Positions 23,363-36,572 of a stretch of DNA of 64,000 nt are shown piece by piece. The notes beneath the pieces are model-generated. The model saw nothing but the letters and a program-made list of their open reading frames with translations. It did no database searches and was not told where the DNA came from. This stretch comes from Phoronis australis (taxonomy: Eukaryota; Animalia; Phoronida), in the NCBI GenBank assembly GCA_002633005.1, contig NMRA01000056.1, positions 443,165 to 507,164 on the forward strand, given 5' to 3'. Position 1 is the stretch's first letter; each line of letters opens with the position of its first letter. The translations under genes and the position numbers were made by a program.

Positions 23363-23947
23363 AACTGCGAATTCCGTTGTTCTTTAATTTCGTATAGAAG
23401 ATAGGCAAAAAGAATACCACGACTGCTTTATTTCACTCCTGAACCTGAACTGCCAACTCCCAGCCGGCTACAACCACCGTGAAACACTGCGGTAACTAAC
23501 CTAACAGTAGCTCATGTGACCCATATATTTGGACTTCACATAAACGGTGAGAGTAAAAAGAACATATCTGTATCATGCGCGCACACAGCCTAAAGCATAG
23601 GGTGGGGCTCGAATTTTTCGTGAAAGAAATCAACGAGGACTAAAGAAAAAAAAAAACGGGGCCACTAAGTTCAGGCCCACGAACTGTGCATCCGCGCCGA
23701 CTTCACGTGGGATTTTGTGGATTTTTGTCTCGTTTACTAGTACTTTTTGTTTCACTGAGGCGGACCTTTTTGCCCAATTTGCCAAATTGCCCCCCCCCCT
23801 CTTGGTGCGCCCGTGTGTATGTATATATGTATGTAATGTATGTACAACTTAAAAAGCGGATAACTTATTGAAGAAATGAAGTTTACAAAAGTAGATGCTC
23901 TTCCATTAATCGCACAATCAGGCCGTTACTCGTCTTTGATCTCTCAC

Positions 23948-24232
23948 TACTGGACAAACCTGTACTCGCTTGTAACTCCGTGCACGCTGACTCGCCTGGG
24001 AACTGAACGTTGCTTGAACACACCCTGAACGAATACGTCTGGGATGGTTTCAGGTAATTCACCGTATACACGGGCACCGTCCTGTTCTGGAGGAGTACAA
24101 ATACATTGCCCTGCTTCTGCGTCAGCGTGAAGTGCTGGGTGGATCCTCCATCGAAGCCCGCGCTGCACTGAATCTCCGCACTAGTTGCGGTGACGTTATA
24201 CGAGCGGCAGTTGAACGGGGCTTCGGCAGGTC
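23948..24232 (-). CDS. Sidestep/nephrin-like receptor, fibronectin type III exon
   Basis: GPAEAPFNCRSYNVTATS...AGFDGGSTQHF...LKPSQTYSFRVCSSN; donor GTGAGA (an alternative in-frame donor GTTTGT would end the exon at 23960). Confidence 0.88.
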
Positions 24233-24518
24233 CTAGAAGACGCAATTTGATAAATACGTTGCTTAAAAGCAGCTCGATCCTTAATTTTTTTCTTTCGCAG
24301 GGAGCCCCCTCCCCCTCTCGCCAAAATGAATTAAATTTCAGCTGTGGATTTTAGAAATTTCTCGTATTGAAAAGTACGAAATGCAACACGCTGCAAACTT
24401 TGTCGTTCACCATTGGCAAAAATAGAAATTAAAAATTTTCCGTTCTTGAAGCGTGTACGTCCTTTTGAAACGTCATCAAAATTGTCTTTTTAGTGTTTTG
24501 AAAATGGTATTGACTTAC

Positions 24519-24610
24519 CTGGTGCCTGGACGCGAAATATGCATGGTTGGGGCGTTGCACCGAACATGTTAGTCACGTTGCATTCAACAGTGTCGTAATC
24601 TGCTTCAGAT
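24519..24610 (-). CDS. Sidestep/nephrin-like receptor, Ig5 second half
   Basis: SEADYDTVECNVTNMFGATPQPCIFRVQAP|GTAAG; DY...C...N..G....PC.F is a Sidestep-family pattern; phase 2 to 1. Confidence 0.85.
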
Positions 24611-24905
24611 CTAAATCAATGAAATAAAGATTTTCACTTACTAACTGACAGCAAACTGACATCTTAAGGCATATCATTTCTGAAACAGTTTCATATTAAC
24701 GTATAATACTTTTGGAACAATAATATGTTAACTTTGAAGCAACAGCAGCAGCGTCAGCGGCGGTATTAGGCCGACATCCGGTGTTAAGCGCACGATAACA
24801 GACAGCCATGTCGATTCTCATTTGTTCATTGTTCAAAGGTGGCCAATTTGTTACGGTTGTTCCTAAAAAAATATTGTCTTGTCAGTTCTTACAAAGAACT
24901 GAAAC

Positions 24906-25061
24906 CAGTGCTGTAGTGGGGCGTAGGCGCACGTAGGCGCAGCCAACCACCTTTTGGCATTTAAACGTAGCGCCTACGCACCGTAAGTTACGTTCAGTGC
25001 TCAAGGTGATACGGCTGGGTTTCAGCGCCTAGTTACCTCTAATTTTACCACTACAGCACTG
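24906..25061. mobile_element. hAT-like MITE
   Basis: Perfect 14-bp TIR CAGTGCTGTAGTGG/CCACTACAGCACTG; TSD not clearly preserved. Confidence 0.7.
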
Positions 25062-25196
25062 ACTGGTAAGGTTGATACCAATTCCGAGCGCAATATGGTG
25101 TACACATCTTGGCCTACTTCAAAATGAGGTACCTTTCGACATTGAAGAATGCAGAGAACGAATTTTTTGTCTTTGGAACTCGATAATTTGCCTTAC

Positions 25197-25398
25197 CTTA
25201 TGACATATTCGTACGAAGCGCTCGAATGATACTTATTATTTGGATCTTGAATTCCAAAATAGTTGTAGTATTGTCCCCTATGTTTGAAGTGAAAAGTCGC
25301 GTTGTTGGGATTGGAGTACACTGCACAAAGTAAACGAGCCGTTCCTCCAATTGGAACACCGAAACGCAACTTCAGACCATCGCGACAAACGGGACGAT
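25197..25398 (-). CDS. Sidestep/nephrin-like receptor, Ig5 first half
   Basis: TTTCAG|HRPVCRDGLKLRFGVPIGGTARLLCAVYSNP...|GTAAG; phase 1 to 2. Confidence 0.88.
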
Positions 25399-25717
25399 CT
25401 GAAAAACACACCAACTTAAATCTTTAAAGAGCTTGTATATAGAGGGTGGCGAAGAGTTCTCTGCTTTTAAAATGCCAAGACAACTCTGAATTCCGAGATG
25501 AAAACGTGATGCATCTGCCACGGGTAAAAACATAAACTTTAAGGTTATAACGCCTATTTTGAGACTCAGTATAATTGCAATATCAACTGAAGAACTTCTT
25601 AAAGTAGTAGTTCTAATAGTTAGCATCAACTTTACCCACACGAAGACGCTAGTCTATGCACACATCCACCAGCCTTAGGAAATATGACGTCGGACAATGT
25701 CTGTTAGGATCACTTAC

Positions 25718-25800
25718 GATAAACATCCAATTGTGTCTCCGCGCTGGTGCCTGTCCCAAGAATGTTTGTTCCACGACATTTGTACTGCCCAACGTCTAAT
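25718..25800 (-). CDS. Sidestep/nephrin-like receptor, Ig4 second half
   Basis: TTACAG|LDVGQYKCRGTNILG...LDVY|GTAAG (D-x-G-x-Y-x-C); phase 2 to 1. Confidence 0.88.
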
Positions 25801-25964
25801 CTGTAAAGCAAATCAACTACACATGGTAGATCTGTCTATCCTCAAAATTACATTTATGAAATTTAATCTAAATCAACAAATATGTATCAGAAAAGAAAAG
25901 TACGTATGTTTAACCTAGTTAGCAGTTCACCGTGCACCGTGAATTGCTATTTGGAGTTTCTTAC

Positions 25965-26169
25965 CTATTTACAGACTTTATGGTAAGGGAAGGGATAGTA
26001 ACGTCGCTGTTCAACTCGTATCGAGGCTCTTCGAGATTTATCTGTCGGCCATCTTGAAACCACGAGACGTTATGGACACTCGGCCTGGCATCAATGGAGC
26101 AGTTGATTGTCGCGTCGCGTCCTTCACGATAGGTTCTTGTCAGTGGAGCCACACGAACGATGGGAATAT
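25965..26169 (-). CDS. Sidestep/nephrin-like receptor, Ig4 first half
   Basis: TTTCAG|YIPIVRV...EGRDATINCSIDARP...VSWFQDG...LTIKSVNR|GTAAG. Confidence 0.9.
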
Positions 26170-26542
26170 CTGAAAGGTGATGCTACCGCAATAAAGAAAG
26201 AACCATGAAAGCAGAACTTACAAAGAGAGTTGACACGCCCGAAATCATCGAGACTTGATTTGAAAATTGACCAATCACGAGGCACTGTTCGAGCACATCC
26301 TCATGTTTCGTGCGATGTGATTGGTCAGTAGGCTCCAGTCAGTTCATCTAACTTTAATTTGATGCTGCCGGCTGAGCTCGTACCTCACCGTCTGCGCTGA
26401 CCCTTATGTTCATGTTGATGGTAACTGATGTGAATATGGTGTGACGTAGTGAAGGCATTTTGTTACTAAGCTCACTTAGAGAAACAATCAAACATGTTGC
26501 CATGTAGGGTGTTGTTGGGTGGCAAATTTGCAATATACTTAC

Positions 26543-26854
26543 AGCTTAGCAGTAATGTTGTATTGGCTTCCCGATTCGGCAGATTGGCTCTGGTCATGAC
26601 CTCGTTCCAAACCTCACAAGTATAGACAATTCCGTCATCTTCTCGCGATGCCACGAACGTGATAGTGTTGGAGACATTGAATGTTCCATCCCTTTCAGTT
26701 ACAGAGCTTATGACACCGTCGACATTTTGCGTGCCTATTCTCCAACGCACAGTGGCTTTGGGTTTGGCACCAGCGCCGTGACAACTCAACTCTACGGGGC
26801 TCCCGACAATAATGGATTCATCGTTTCCGGTGATGACAGGAGAGAGCGGACTAA
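26543..26854 (-). CDS. Sidestep/nephrin-like receptor, Ig3 (C2/CD80-like)
   Basis: TTGCAG|VSPLSPVI...LSCHGAGAKPKATVRW...DDGIVYTCEVWN...|GTAAG; phase 1-1. Confidence 0.9.
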
Positions 26855-27303
26855 CTGCAAATGCATTCGTAATCATCACAAGTGTGAGTTTGTATTAAAA
26901 GTTGGTTTAAGGATTTTATCGGCAGTCTGAAGCTCTAAATGGATATCTGGGTTGCGAGATTATTTTTAGTAAGGCGAATTATTTCCGTGGGTTGCAGGCG
27001 TCAAAGAAGAGTTGCGTAACTTAAGAAAAATTATTAAAAATACGCAAACGTTATCTCTATTGGAATCACATCATTTTCGGATGAAATGAAAAAAATGTAT
27101 AGCTCTTTGTCAGAAAGTGATGCATGGCCAAAACTATTGCACTATTTCTTACTTAACTGGGGCCATAATGTTAATTTTTAGACCCAACGAATCTGCTGAT
27201 GACCGAGGGGAAACGGGGGTCATCACATTTTGGTGTCCACGGAACAATTCAAGGTAGAGGCCGAGAGCAAGACGAATTTGTATTTAAATGATTTTCTGTT
27301 TAC

Positions 27304-27501
27304 CGTTGATATCAACAATCCGGGATTTGGACTCTCTGTAGATTAGTGGTGGTGAGCTAGCGGTACAGATAACACTACCCTTCAGCATGTTGCGCGTCGC
27401 TGCCACCCTCAGAAGACTACGTCTGGTGCCTGTGCCGTCAACGTTGATGGTGTCGAAGTTACTACTCTGTGACGTCAGGTCAGACACATTGCTGTGGACA
27501 T
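27304..27501 (-). CDS. Sidestep/nephrin-like receptor, Ig2 second half
   Basis: TTCAAG|DVHSNVSD...RSLLRVAATRNMLKGSVICTASS...|GTAAAC; phase 1-1. Confidence 0.8.
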
Positions 27502-28306
27502 CTTGAAATTAGACAAAAACTTGTGTAAAACGGGAAGTGCGGAGATCTTGAAGAGAATTCCAAAAGTCTGAGTTCGAAAGAATGATTTCCGCCACACGTT
27601 TGTATTTCGTAGTGGAAGCTATAGCTAGACTTAACTAGCTCGCGACAACTTCAACAGAGTGCAGACGCCGCCTGGTGAGCGACAATCACGGTACAAGCTT
27701 GGCTGAGGTTGGTAGACACAAGAATCTCGGGAAGAGAGTTAGAGCGATCATGCGCTTATAGCTTGTAATACACAGCGATATCTCGCGACGTATTGCGTTT
27801 TTGCAAGATTCCAGCGCCTACGGAACGCACGCGTAGAGACAAATAAGTCTTACATTTTAGAGTGCTCATAAACCTACATTCCGTCAAAAACGTACTTCAT
27901 GATATTTAGTCTACTTACTGTTATAAAAGTTGACAACTTGTTTCTTATTCAGCATATTGGAAGTGATTTCTCAGATAGGAAGAGCTGACGGTTCGTTATT
28001 GTTTGAGACCAGGCTCGACAAGTTACGGTGTGTCAATTTGTTACAAACATGTCTTCAAGCTACTGCGGCTGGCACATTGTTCCTATAAGCTCAGATTCTT
28101 CTGAGTCAGAAAACGAACTGAGTCCGGTTTTATATCGATAAGCGGTCTAAATCAAAAGTTAGTTTTTTGACGGAAGGTGGGTTCGTGACAGCTTTAACAA
28201 GAGATTTGAACAATATAAGACCAAAAATAACGAAAGACGTTGGTATAATACATCCTTAGTTGACTTAGAATGATCACGAGTTTTAGATCATTGTGATCGT
28301 TCTTAC

Positions 28307-28429
28307 CAGTCATAGCCCAGGTGAACTGCGGCAGTGGTTTTCCGCCAGAAGACGTGCACTCGTATTGTAACTCAGTTCCCTCATCGAGTGTTGTGGACGG
28401 TCCGCTCATCGCCAGTGGAATCGGGGGAA
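28307..28429 (-). CDS. Sidestep/nephrin-like receptor, Ig2 first half
   Basis: TTGCAG|VPP...EGTELQYECTSSGGKPLPQFTW|GTAAG (C.S.GG.P.P..TW motif). Confidence 0.9.
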
Positions 28430-29338
28430 CTGCAATAAACAGGATAACGATGCCACATGGTAATTCGAATTGAGAACTGATTGTAGAAAGCCACGTTTCC
28501 AGGCGTAATTTTAGGAGCACGTCCTCCCACGTCTTTGACGCACAAAAATTATCGTTGACGAAATGTAGATAGGCCTATTCAGTATGTTAAACCTAGATTT
28601 GATCTATTGGAAGATAGTAACCGTGACTCGTTCCTTAAAGCCTCAAAATAAGATGGTGCGCTATTCACGTTGTCAATCCTCATAAGTTTGAAACAAGTTT
28701 TTTTAATACCTCTCGAAGTCGGAGAGCGTGACTAATGCTTGAAGTGAGTTACACAACGATTGTGAGGAAAGACCGCCTATTTCAAAGTACACACAATACA
28801 ACTCATGATACAGTGGGAAAGTGTTTTGTTTAAATAACGATTTTATCACCCAAGGAATCATCGCCAGGTGACCACGCCAGTTTTTGATGATTGCGTCAAA
28901 GCAGGGTTTAGTATCCTTTTGGCTCGAGCCAACGCGGGCGCACTGAATTTGTGTCATAATTACACCTGATATTTCTTGAATAATACGCATTCAGATTTGT
29001 TGTGAAAATACTTATTCCAACTCTGGATTCATGGGTTTGGTTAAACTGAAATGCAGTTAGCTGATTCGACCAATCATTAATCACGTAACGTACCGAAGTA
29101 GCAGGCGAAATCATACATATTAAAAAGCCCTCTAAAAAGAAATCGAGCCGAAAAAGGACAGAAAATACTTCGAATTGGCTTATTAATTTGAAACCCAGTG
29201 GGTCAATTGGCCTATAGCTACGTTTTTTTAAATGATCCCTGAAACTGTTCGAACATGAAACGAGCAATTTACCTTCTCCAAACAGTTCGAGGTTGCACTA
29301 CTATCAGTTTCTCGTCATGTCGAGCCCATTCAACCGGA

Positions 29339-29497
29339 TAGAGGCAGATCTAGGATTTTTTAAAGGGGGAGGTCGGTTCAAGCACTTTTTAAAAAGAGGG
29401 GTTCAAGTCAACAATTTAAAAATTTTAGATTTGATATCACTAAAATCAAGGGAAAAAGAGGGTCCGGATCCCTTTGACCCCCTTGGATCCGCTTATG
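29339..29497 (+). mobile_element. MITE (TAGAGGCAGATC ... GATCCGCTTATG)
   Basis: Reverse-complement homolog of 41983-42115; TSD not preserved in this copy. Confidence 0.75.
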
Positions 29498-29625
29498 TAG
29501 TTGGTTTTCAATAGGCCTACAAAACTAATGTCGTTTTCAGGAAAAGTGAAAATTTTACTGCTTAGCAGTTTACTTGTTCTGAGTCTCGCTTTCCATTCTT
29601 TTAAAAGATTTTTAGTTACATTTAC

Positions 29626-29965
29626 CCAGTATGACCAGAGTTACTTCTTGAACATTTGTACTGGATGAGAAGTCGTAACATCGATAGGTGGCTTCGTCTG
29701 ACAGCGCCACCTGTTTGATGGAGAGAACGTAGCGACCATTTTCAATCTTCACTGAATATTTGGTGGCGTCCACATTCGCCTGTAGGTTGGTGTTCACACT
29801 AAGGACGCCTCCGCCCTTGTCCCAGAAAATTGCTGCGCCTTGTCGATTGCAAACTATGTTCGCTGTTGATCCCTGGATTGCGGGGTGGGTTGTCACGGAT
29901 TGCGTGGCGACGGACTTCAGTGCCAACACGACTCCCAGCAGTGTAAAATGTAACTCGTGTCTCAT
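29626..29965 (-). CDS. Sidestep/nephrin-like receptor, first coding exon (signal peptide and V-set Ig1)
   Basis: MRHELHFTLLGVVLALKSVAT signal-like segment; C..W..LSIKQVALSDEATYRC; acceptor TTACAG 1 nt before the ATG; donor GTAAAT, phase 1. Confidence 0.9.
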
Positions 29966-30080
29966 TCTGTAACTGACAACATAAAACTGTGAATGCAACT
30001 TGAAAACGGGAACTCGGTTCACTTTTAGAGTTTTGTTTCAAATTTCACACAATTTCTCGTTCGCTTGCATCTGTGTGTAG

Positions 30081-31500
30081 TTATTATTATTTTATTATTA
30101 TTGTGATATTTAAAATGAGGGTGGCCTCTTCAGTGACAGCACTGCTTTCCAAGAGGGCCCTCAACAAGAAAAACAGTAATATAATACAATGAAGTAATAA
30201 AACAACAATGAAAAATACGTAACAAAGATACAATTAAAACAGGTTTAGAATTAAGACAATAATTAAATGACAAATAATGGTAAAAAATTAACTAAGACAG
30301 ATGAAATAAATTAAGAGATGACTCTAGACAATGAGAGTATTTACGACAATGAAAAAAATGACATGATTAAGACAGGCAGGGTATAAAAGGTTAAGTAAAT
30401 TACAGCCACTTTTTAACATTAACTTTAAAGGTAGTAATTGAATTGGACCGTTTAATTTCTGGGCTAAAAGAATTCCATATTATAGCAGCTGCATAGATAA
30501 AAGATCTCTTGCCCGTCTCGGTTTTAATTTTTTTAGAAGAAACATTGCCAGCAACAGAAGAACGTGTAGAATAAACAGCCTGACTGCTATTGAATTTACT
30601 GCTGAGATATGCTGGAGCCAAGCCATTGATACATCTGTATATACAACAGGCAGAGAGATATTTATTTCTTTGTCTTACTTTCATAAATCCCAGCTTGGAG
30701 TACAAGTCGTCAACCCTAGTGTCCCTAATTTTAGTACCCAGGATAGCCCTGGCGGCTCTATTTTGGATTACTTGGACTTTGTTTACAAGTGTGTCACTAG
30801 TGTGCCCCCAAACCGGTAAACAATAATCAATATGAGGCTGAATAATACAATGGTAAAGGGTCTTAAGGGTACGGACATTAAGAAATTTGCCTAGACGTTT
30901 AAGTACACCGATTTTCTTTGATAATTTCTTTGTGATATGATCTATGTGCATATTAAATTTAAGATTGGGATCTAAAATAAGGCCCAAGTACTTAAACTTG
31001 TCAACATTCTCGATGGGAGAACCGTTGATAGAAAGGGATAGTTTTTGTTGCTTTAATTTCTGGTGGGTTCCAAACAGCATCGACTTGGTTTTACTAACGT
31101 TAAGAGTGAGTTTATTTTGAATCAGCCAGTCATGGATAATGGCTAGCTCATTGTTGAGAGAAGTTTCGAGTTCATTAACCGATCCAGCTGTGGACATAAT
31201 TGCAGTGTCATCAGCGTATAAAACTGGGACACTGTTGTGGAGGACCGTAGGGAGGTCGTTAACAAAAATAGTGAATAATAGAGGGCCCAAAATGGAACCC
31301 TGAGGTACCCCCGTGATTACGGTTGAGTAGTCAGAAAGTATACCACCGTATTTGGTGGCCTGTTTACGGTCGTATAAGTAGTTTCTAAACCAAAGGAGTT
31401 CGTTATCATTAACTCCATATGACTCTAGTTTCTGCAATAGGATACCATGGTCCACAGTGTCAAAGGCTTTCTTAAGGTCAACAAAGACAGCACCAGTTAT
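30081..31500 (-). mobile_element. 5'-truncated non-LTR retrotransposon (CR1/L2/Crack-like), RT C-terminal half, 3' UTR and (TAA)n tail
   Basis: VFVDLKKAFDTVDH, GVPQGSILGPLLF, YADD and FKYLG motifs in an open frame ending at 30400; 3' stem-loop at 30117-30162; TAA-rich tail at 30081-30102. Confidence 0.93.
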
Positions 31501-34369
31501 TATGTTATTTTCTGAAACGTTTTATCCTAACAGGCTTTTCCGGTTAAACTGATGCAACAGGTTTTATGACAAACAATGAACTGAAACGTTGACATTATGC
31601 ATTTTCATAAAGTTTACTTAAGTGTCTTTTTCCCTTTATACTTATGATTTTAAACTTCATTTATAGGAGCAGACGTCTTTCCCTTGCAAACGAGCATGTC
31701 TCGAATTAGGTGTTTTTGTTTGTCTATGTTGACTCTTTTCTTTAAACACCACAAAGTAGACGACGAAACGAATAAAATGCGCAAAGTTGGTCAATGAACA
31801 ACGTTTTGTTTTGTAATTGTTCACTAAATGTAATTCTCTTGTTTTTTAACATTTATCATTTCATATTTATTAATTGATAGATATTTCGTGTAATGTTTTT
31901 TTCTTGAATGTAATGAATTGCTTTCCGGGTAAACTGCATTTCACTTTTTAATTGTTTTGTTAAATAAAGGTTTAATTTAAAGAAACGTTTTCCGTGGCGT
32001 TTGAGCACGTGACCTGCGGGAACTGCCGTTACTCGCAAGCTACCATTTCCCCGTCGTGTACAAGTAACACTGGAGTTCAGTCATGATGCCCCGGCCAGCA
32101 ATTCAATACACCGGCAATATATCGCGCTTCAGAATAGAAGTCCTACAACCCGGGATTAACCGTTTCACGGATTTTTCTTGTTCGTCTGGAAGTGTTCAGT
32201 AGCATCACAAACTCGAGTTACTTGAATTTTTCGAATATGGTTCTCTTTTAAGTTTCGTTAGATTAGTCTTCAAATATCGTTCTCTTTCAGATTTCGTTAG
32301 ATTATCCTTTAGTGGGCTGTTACGCAATAGACGGTATTAGGTGGAACCGATTGCACGAATTCTGCATTCAAAATTGATTGGAGAAGACACTCTGCACGCT
32401 GCATTCGAAAACTACTGCAGTTTGTTAGCTATTTGGATTTCTGAGGTGACCTGGAAGGTCAGGCCACTTTATTATTTCGATTATAGCCAGGAAGCATGAG
32501 TTCCTTTCATTAAATCCAAAATTAAAAGCAAAACTTTTGAAAGTTACATTATTCTGAAGCTCGAATTATTCAAACATTACAAACAATTTTGTCAATTTCG
32601 ACTGCTTATGAAGCTTGTCGAAGTCATAAAGTGTAGAAGATACAGCATAGGGTAAACATGACCTCGTTGGCAACGTTTGTAAACAAAATACCTAAAACTA
32701 CAATGGGACTTAGAATTAATCACATCGCTAACATGACCTCATCACTATTAAGTCGAAATTACCTATCCAGGTATGTTAATGACGAGTAGAATGCAAACAT
32801 TCTATCTTTATTGGTATTCGGACAAAACGTTGACCGGAAACATTTATGACTGTGACTCAGTCGCGAAAACTCGAAACGATTCTAGAAATATTTAATGGAA
32901 TTGATAGTCTCTCTCAAATTTGCCCAATAAAATATTCCAGTGAAAATACTGTCTTGGCATTAGTAGTTGGGGAGAAATCTGTAAAACTAATTTGTTTATT
33001 TGCAAAGCATTTTCTTTTCCTCTGGTTTTACAAATTTATATCACAGACGTATCGTCACTACAAAATATCATTTTGATATCATCGGCCTGTATGTATCTCC
33101 GTTTTACTGTTTAACAATAATCTAAAAATTATCCGCTATTAAGAAGTGAAGGTCGGTACCACTCAGGTTCGCGGTTCGCCGATCATTTTGTGGCACACAA
33201 CCAGGAATTCAATAAGCTAAAGCTAACAATGAAATTCTGAAATCTTTTTGGGAACAATTTAAACCAAACTTTGCGTAAAATCAACCATTTAGCAACATCT
33301 CTGGTTACCATCGATTTTAGGATGGGTCCTTTTGTTTCTTACCGCGAGGTGATAAAATCGAAAGATCATTGTTTCACGGGGAAAAATGATCACCGCTGCT
33401 GAATTTCTTCCATTGTGACACAATGCCCGGTTGTAGGAAACAGTCCCAAACAGGGACTCAACAAAGTTCTCTAAATGTTTCGTAAATTTGTTTCGTTCTT
33501 TACTCACAGATGTAATATTTATTTATTATTTTATCTTCATCACGAGCTCTTCTTTGACTTAATGACATTTTCGAATAAAGTAATTAAAAACTGGGACCTT
33601 AATTCTGTCAAAATAATTAGGGACTTAGTCCTTAAATTAGGGGCATTGCATGAAAAGATCCCTGCTTTTTTCTATAATATAGAACATTCAACGTGGAATT
33701 CACTCTCGATTTGTATCAAAGTCAAAAATTTACTTAGTAATAAAACTCAAACAGCATAAGAAAGAACAATCATTATTTTCACAAGCGCACAAATACGCAG
33801 TAGATTTAGAGAACTTAGAGGAGTCCCTATTTGGGCCTGTTTCATGCAACCGGGCACTGGTCATTAGCGGTATGTATGAAGTGGCGTGTATGAGGACCAA
33901 TGTTATCGAAACTGGTCTGTGGCTTTACAACCTTCAAAATCGCCGGGTTGGTGGAAAAAATAAAAGTAGAAAAGTCTTCGCTTTTGTAAGAGTTAAGGCA
34001 AGACACCAAACTCACAAACTGACAAGAACAAAGATGAAAATTAATCGCTTTCATTTCCAAGTTGTCTATCAAAGTACATTAAATGTGTTCAAATGTTTAA
34101 CGAAATTGTTCGCGAAAGTCGGTCAAAATTTTATATGAAGTCCTATAGTGTGGAATGCAGTTAATTCACTTAGTCAGTAAAAAGTTAGTCGTGAAAACAC
34201 TTAGTCAGTAAACAGTTAGTTACGAAAAAAGTTTAATTCACTGAAATTAAGTTTTAACTTTCAATTGAAAAATCAAACGGTATAATTAGTTTTGTGTCGT
34301 CAGGAAAATTCGTGTTTTTTTGTTTCTTTTAATAATTCTTTCCACCAGCCCAAATTTCTGGGAAACATC

Positions 34370-34600
34370 AGGGCCCGGTCTCTAATCTTTGTACTCGAAA
34401 CGAACTCGAAACTATTTTTGGGAATTTCTTTGCTCCTTTTGTGCGAACTTAAGATAATTGGTTATCAGACTGTGCTCGAATACATTATAGTTTATGCATA
34501 GGAGTTTCTAGTTCAAGTTTGCCCTTGAAGACCCTTATATTCGTGCTACAAACTCGAGTAAAAACTCGAAATTTCGAGTTCAAACTAGCTCTGGTACATT
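34370..34600. mobile_element. MITE-like repeat (homolog of 16900-17050)
   Basis: Repeated aactcga motifs; GGGCCC-type left end; similarity to about 16900. Confidence 0.45.
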
Positions 34601-35934
34601 GGTTTGACATAGTGATACATTATTGAGAAAACCTGTCCTGTGAAAGAAAGCGTTTTTCAAAATCAAAATTCAATTGTCATGGTAAAATTTTCAAGATATG
34701 AATATGACACACGAGTTGTATGATTTCAATTTAAAAGGTCAAGTTTATTGTTGTTTTGACATACAATATAAATCACTGCGTCTAATTTTTTTCGATAAAT
34801 ATGAGAGTGCGCATGCACTTAACAGTGGCGTTGTTTCTGCGCCAAGTTCTGACACAAAAACGAAACACTATTTTCCGGATTTTGAGCAAACGTTCTCCCG
34901 CAATTAAAAAGACCATTGCACATTTTATCCTGACAAATAATTCACAAGGACGCGCTTGTTGTTGTTATAACTTAATATATAACAACTTTCATTTCATAAC
35001 ACACTACTTCTGATATAATTATCTAAACAGTACTGTACAAACGACATGCTGTTAAATTTAAACATATCTCACCTCTCTTTGTCAGACTTTTAACTTGCAA
35101 TTTTTCGAGTAAAGCAGAAATATCAAAAAATCCTTCAGCAGGCCTCCACGTTAAGATTTAATTTCATTCTTGGCGGACTTTTACGCCTTGCTCGGCGTAT
35201 CCGACGTTTTAAGCCTTTTTACAGCCCACAGGTATCTCAGGGTGATTCACAAATACGTGATAACGAGTCCCACGATAATTGGCGAGATTACAGCAGATCG
35301 GATACGATGGCACTGCGTCGAGTCAACATTGAATCACATTATTAGCTTCGGAGTTGAACTTGTTGCACCGGGGGGTACTCATAGGTGACGTGTATGAATT
35401 GTACTGCTGCATCTTGATTTTTACAATAAATGAGCCTTTTATGGATATCCTAGTTTTGCAAGTGTACAAAATGTCAAAAGTAGTAGAGTGCCCCCCAGGG
35501 TGGCACCGTTCCAGTCTGCTGTGGGTGACGTCCACGCGCTAATGCCATTGACCGCATTTTCCATTGTTTAAAATACTGGACACATTTTTGTGTGGTTAGT
35601 TAATGATAATTACCGTTTGTCAAAATATGAAAACAATTTGCGATCAGGTGGTTAAAATATTTAATGTGACTTAGCGTATAAGCCACTTCTACTGAAATCT
35701 TCACTGCTCAAATGAACACTGATAATGTAGCACAAGCAGGCCCGCTTTTTAAAGAGAAAAGGCTCACTAAAATAATATTTTTATAATAAATGAAAATAAC
35801 TGTTCTAAAAATAAACTTCGGCTAACTTTGAAGTATCGTTATATTTCCAGAACTTGACCAAAAAAACAGCGTGAAATTCGTCACCTGTCGTTGTATTCGT
35901 AGCTGTTGAAACACATCCTTGGATGTCAGCGAAA

Positions 35935-36060
35935 ATAATGACATTAATAATGATAATAATAATTGTAATAATAATAATGGTGATGGTGATGACGATGATG
36001 ATGATGATGGTGGTGATGATGATGATGATGGTGGTGATGGTGATGATTATGATGATGATG

Positions 36061-36091
<31 letters not shown>

Positions 36092-36530
36092 CGATGATGA
36101 TGATGATGATGATGGTGATGGTGATGATGATGGTGATGGTGACGATGGTGATGATGGTGATGATGACATAATAATAATAATAACAATAATAATAATAATA
36201 ATAATGGCAATAGAGATAGCAATAGTAAATAATAATAGTAATAATAATAATAGCAATAATAATAATAACAATAATAATGAATTTTGTTTATTTCCTTGTT
36301 GTACAAGAGACCTCCGGCTGCACAATTATACAATGCAATATAATACAATGCAATATAATACAATGCAATACAATTGAAAAAACGCACGTATCTTCATCAT
36401 CCTTTCTGTTACACCTGCTGCTAACAAACACCTTGTTAAGTCTAAATTAGGACACTTCAACATGGCATATACTAAGGTTATTTCACAGTTAATGCTTATT
36501 ATGTTGAGTCTTAAATCGTCAGAGATAATA

Positions 36531-36572
<42 letters not shown>

